Below, in pieces: positions 54,859 to 57,783 of a stretch of 57,783 bases of DNA. Made by a program: the position numbers and the translations under genes. The DNA lies in contig JAOAJL010000004.1 of NCBI GenBank assembly GCA_026414185.1, positions 15,966 through 73,748 on the forward strand, given 5' to 3'. Position 1 is the stretch's first letter, and every line of letters starts with the position of its first letter. A model generated the notes under the pieces. The model did no database searches, was not told the DNA's origin, and saw only the letters and a list, made by a program, of their open reading frames with translations. Origin of the DNA: Candidatus Micrarchaeota archaeon (GTDB lineage: Archaea; Micrarchaeota; Micrarchaeia; Anstonellales; Anstonellaceae).

Positions 54859-55815
54859 CTATCTTTTCCCAAGGCGATATGGCTCTGATATGCCCGTATA
54901 GATGCAGATTGCCTCAAGCCTCTTTTCGTAGCCCTCTTCTATCCTTGCCCCGTAGATGACGTTGGCGTCCTCGGCAACGTTTTCTGTGAGAAGCTCGCCT
55001 GCTCTGTTGGCATCGCCTAAAAGAAGGTCGGGGCCGCCGGTCAGGTGGACAAGCACCCCCTTTGCGCCCGAGATGTCAATGTCCAAAAGGCGGTTTTTCA
55101 GCACGGCGTTTGGAAGCTCCTCAACCCTGTCATAGCCGGATGCCTCGCCAACGCAGATTGCGGATATCCCGCCGTTTTGCGCAACTGCCTTGAGGTCCAT
55201 GTAGTCAAGATTGAGAAGCGATGGCTCAAGCAAGGTCTTGGAAATGCCGCCTATCGCCTTTGCAAAAAGCTCGTCAAGCACCTCAAAGGACTTCTCAATC
55301 GGCAGCCTGCCTGCGTAATCTACCAGCCTATTGTTGTCAATAAGCACCACCGTGTCGGCGTGCTTCTTCATCTCCGAAATCCCCTCGCGCGCCTTCCCCA
55401 TCCTGCCCCGCTCTATCGCGAATGGGTAGGTGCAAAAAGCAATCGTGATGGCTCCTTTTTCTCTTGCGATGCGGGAAATCACCGGAGTTGCGCCCGTTCC
55501 TGTCCCGCCGCCCATGCCGCATGCCAGAAAGACGATGTCCTTCCCATCCAGAAGCTCGGCTATCGCCTTCCTGCTTGACTCTGCACACTTTGCCGCAACC
55601 TCAGGATAGCCGCCTGCGCCAAGCCCCTTTGTCACCGAGTAGCCAAGAAGGCATTTTTTCGCTCCATCTCCGACGAGGTTGAGGTGCTTTTTGTCGGTGT
55701 TGAACGCAATCAGCTCTGCCTTTGAAACTCCCATGCGAAGCAGGCGGTTTATTGTGTTGCAGCCTGCGCCGCCAACGCCGCATACTGCAATTGAAGGCTT
55801 GCCCTCCTCGTCCAT
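54859..55815 (-). CDS. ftsZ: Second FtsZ (FtsZ2-like), 318 aa
   Basis: [31 protein letters not shown]. Confidence 0.93.
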   Translation of the reverse strand: MDEEGKPSIAVCGVGGAGCNTINRLLRMGVSKAELIAFNTDKKHLNLVGDGAKKCLLGYSVTKGLGAGGYPEVAAKCAESSRKAIAELLDGKDIVFLACGMGGGTGTGATPVISRIAREKGAITIAFCTYPFAIERGRMGKAREGISEMKKHADTVVLIDNNRLVDYAGRLPIEKSFEVLDELFAKAIGGISKTLLEPSLLNLDYMDLKAVAQNGGISAICVGEASGYDRVEELPNAVLKNRLLDIDISGAKGVLVHLTGGPDLLLGDANRAGELLTENVAEDANVIYGARIEEGYEKRLEAICIYTGISEPYRLGKR

Positions 55816-55876
55816 GCTCCCACCGGAAAAGCAAGGGGCAACAAACTATTTTAAACTGCCCCAAAGATAACTATTC

Positions 55877-56141
55877 GGCAGGATAGGCAGGGAGAGTAGG
55901 GGCCTCCCGTCCCGCAAATCCCCTTTTGGCGGTGCCGAATGTCCGGCGAAGTCATCTGAGAGGCAGCAAGGCTCGCGCTTCAAGCGTAGATGCTTTGCCT
56001 TGCCGGACGGTTCATTGTGCCAACCGGGTCAGGCCGGAAGGAGCAGCCCTACGCATTCTGTTCCGTGCTGGCAAGCACCAAAGCGGAGCGGCGGTGCGAA
56101 CCACCTTGATGCTTTTCTTTTGGCGCGCCGGAAATCCTGCC
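55877..56141 (+). ncRNA. ffs: Signal recognition particle (7S) RNA
   Basis: Helix 8 GGGTCAGGCCGGAAGGAGCAGCCC at 56026-56049; end pairing GGCAGGAT (55877) / ATCCTGCC (56134); TCCGGCG (55942) / CGCCGGA (56126); TTTTAAA 22-28 nt upstream. Confidence 0.88.
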
Positions 56142-56149
56142 ATGGAGGC

Positions 56150-56202
56150 GCAGCAGGGCTTCTGCTGCCTTTTTTCTTGGAAAACAAAAAAGGGGAAAAA
56201 AA
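56150..56202. terminator. Bidirectional terminator between SRP RNA and the Yip1-like gene
   Basis: GCAGCAG-GGCTT-CTGCTGC plus T tract on the plus strand; A tracts downstream give T tracts on the minus strand. Confidence 0.6.
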
Positions 56203-56220
56203 GGCGGGCTGGGGGCTGAC

Positions 56221-56901
56221 TTAGAAGAAGTAGCCGCTTCCCATAGAGCCAAGCATCGCTCTCCCAAACAGCGCTAAGGCAAAAGCCATGGCAATCAGCG
56301 CCAAAATTGCGACCACAAGCGGCAGGAGGACCACTACCAACGCCTTTATGTCGGAAATGCCGTGCACTTCTTTTATCAGCAAGTAAAAGCAGTAGATGGA
56401 GTAAAGGGAAATCAGAACTATGACAAGCCAGAAGAGAATGCCTATGCATGGAATTCCTGAAAGCACTGTGAAGGGAAATGCAACCAGGGCATAGCCGCCC
56501 AAGATGAGGCTTAAGGCGAGGGTTTGCTCCATGAAGCTGCCTTTGCCCCCGAGTATCTTTGCCAATATCCAGTGGATTGCTGAGGCGATAAAACCGCCCA
56601 CCAGATAAAAAAGCGGGACCAGCGCAATGCCTAAAAGCCTGATGCCAAATGCCAGTGGGTTCAGCCCGAACAGTCCCATAAGAAAGGATGCCAGAAAACT
56701 CAGCAAGCCAGCAAGCACAAGATGGATCGCTATCGGGACTGCGCTTGCCTCTTTCTTGTTTTGGGAATAGCCTTCAAGCGGATGGAAAAACGTATACACC
56801 CAAGCCCTCGGCTGCGGAATTGGGATGGCAGATGCTACCTGCATGTATATCCTTTCCACAGAAGCAAAAGCAGATTCCCCTTCTTTTTTCCCAGCCACCA
56901 A
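56221..56901 (-). CDS. Yip1-domain membrane protein
   Basis: FFHPLEGY start motif, LAKILGGKGSF, LIKEVHGIS; about 5 TM helices; GTG start with GAGGTGG RBS. Confidence 0.75.
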   Translation of the reverse strand: MVAGKKEGESAFASVERIYMQVASAIPIPQPRAWVYTFFHPLEGYSQNKKEASAVPIAIHLVLAGLLSFLASFLMGLFGLNPLAFGIRLLGIALVPLFYLVGGFIASAIHWILAKILGGKGSFMEQTLALSLILGGYALVAFPFTVLSGIPCIGILFWLVIVLISLYSIYCFYLLIKEVHGISDIKALVVVLLPLVVAILALIAMAFALALFGRAMLGSMGSGYFF

Positions 56902-56999
56902 ACCACCTCTGGAAAACCAATCTCTGTGAAGTTTAATAACTATATCAGTACGTCAGGGTGGCAAAAGGAAAAGCCAGGACGCCAAGATGCGCCAACTCT

Positions 57000-57137
57000 T
57001 CATTTTTTGGAAACTTTTTCAGAGTAGCACTTTTCGCAGAAGCTGTGCATGAAGCCCATCTTGTCTATGTGCTGCTTCTGGCTTGCGCGGGTAAGCTCTG
57101 CCCCGCATATTTCGCATGAAAGGTAATTGTTGTACAT
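57000..57137 (-). CDS. Small Zn-finger protein, 45 aa
   Basis: MYNNYLSCEICGAELTRASQKQHIDKMGFMHSFCEKCYSEKVSKK (CxxC-x22-CxxC). Confidence 0.55.
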   Translation of the reverse strand: MYNNYLSCEICGAELTRASQKQHIDKMGFMHSFCEKCYSEKVSKK

Positions 57138-57226
57138 TCTCTCACCTTCTTGTGCGCTGGCGCCGCCGCAGCATTGCTTGCTCGGCAAAGAAATAAAAGG
57201 GTGCATTCGCCCTAAACGCAAGGAAA

Positions 57227-57312
57227 GCTGGGGTCGCATAACCCGGTATTGCGGCAGGTTGCTAACCTGTTGGGGGGAAACCCCCGTGCGAGTTCAAATC
57301 TCGCCCCCGGCA
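57227..57312 (+). tRNA. tRNA-Ser (GCT), intronless, long variable arm
   Basis: GCTGGGG/CCCCGGC acceptor stem; GCAGG-TTGCTAA-CCTGT anticodon arm; GGGGG-GAAA-CCCCC-type variable arm; GCGAG-TTCAAAT-CTCGC T arm. Confidence 0.95.
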
Positions 57313-57385
57313 TGCCAAAACAGTCCGGCAAGAAAGACAGCATTAAAAAGAGTTTGCAGAAATTTTTAGAGAAAAGAGTGATTTT

Positions 57386-57733
57386 ATGGGAAAGGCTGCG
57401 GCGGCTGTGCTTTTGCTTGTTTCCTTGGCTTTTGCCAGCACTCCCCAATCAACGATGGTGCTTTCAAGCGTCCATTATGCCATGTCCGCGTTTTGCAAGT
57501 CCCTAGTCAGCTTGCTTCCTGTTGCGGCGATGATGATGATCGTGCTGGCAGGAGTGATTTACGCCGCTGGGCAGATGATGGGAGCGGAAACAAGGGCAAG
57601 GGCAAACGTGTGGGCAACTGCGGCGCTGACAGGGGCGCTCATTGGGATACTGATATATGTGGTTGCGCCTGCGGTTATCGGCATGATGCTTTATCCTGAC
57701 AACCCAGAACAGATTAAGCTTAACTGCCAATGA
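57386..57733 (+). CDS. VirB2/TrbC-like pilin, copy 2
   Basis: Signal peptide, then FCKSLVSLLPVAAMMMIVLAGVIYAAGQMMGAETRARANVWATAALTGALIG; C-terminal Cys. Confidence 0.7.
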   Translation: MGKAAAAVLLLVSLAFASTPQSTMVLSSVHYAMSAFCKSLVSLLPVAAMMMIVLAGVIYAAGQMMGAETRARANVWATAALTGALIGILIYVVAPAVIGMMLYPDNPEQIKLNCQ

Positions 57734-57783
57734 AGAAAGCCATAGCGGGTATTTTTAAGATGATTTGGAGTTTTTTTAGCAAA
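57730..57783 (+). CDS. Partial CDS coupled to pilin 2 (MKKAIAGIFKMIWSFFSK...), truncated by the window end
   Basis: ATGA overlap with the pilin stop; frame open to the last base. Confidence 0.45.
   Translation, partial: MKKAIAGIFKMIWSFFSK

Noticed and set aside
55926-56267. Short ORFs between ftsZ2 and the Yip1-like gene
   Set aside because: The region is explained by SRP RNA and its terminator
57227-57312. tRNA as attachment site of an integrated element
   Set aside because: No duplicate of the tRNA 3' end and no integrase found in the window; downstream sequence unavailable

Overview
Archaeal chromosomal window of about 58 kb. Markers are AglB, aRF1, Spt5, SecE, L11, archaeal TyrRS, DGGGP synthase, SRP RNA and a Methanococcales-type S-layer protein. 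Gene content (stand-alone 5S rRNA, AMP phosphorylase, two FtsZ, VirB2-like pilins, many surface proteins) suggests a DPANN, possibly Micrarchaeota-like, organism; this is inference. The left 15 kb is an N-glycosylation and isoprenoid-lipid block (aglB, phosphohexomutase, two epimerases, nucleotidyltransferase, GPT/AglH, class II HMG-CoA reductase, DGGGPS). It includes an intact but motif-dead AglB paralogue. The strongest candidate for an undescribed system is a six-gene operon at 28865-35505 built around a compact VirB4/HerA-like ATPase. That operon also has a separately encoded VirB3/TraC-N-like membrane protein, a stand-alone duplicate of the ATPase C-terminal domain, a Zn-finger membrane protein, a coiled-coil/wHTH protein and an 866-aa membrane-anchored protein. 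Two closely related VirB2/TrbC-like pilins lie elsewhere in the window (17.1 kb and 57.4 kb), together with Cys-rich putative adhesins. This looks like a relaxase-less, minimal T4SS-like cell-contact apparatus. Other highlights: a tandem AAA ATPase fused to a polytopic membrane domain, a pseudoknot/switch-like S-layer mRNA leader, an ArgG with altered substrate-pocket motifs, and a short motif shared by the 5S rRNA flank and the aglB upstream tandem repeat. No CRISPR array, integrase or transposase was seen. All assignments come from manual motif reading; no database searches were run.
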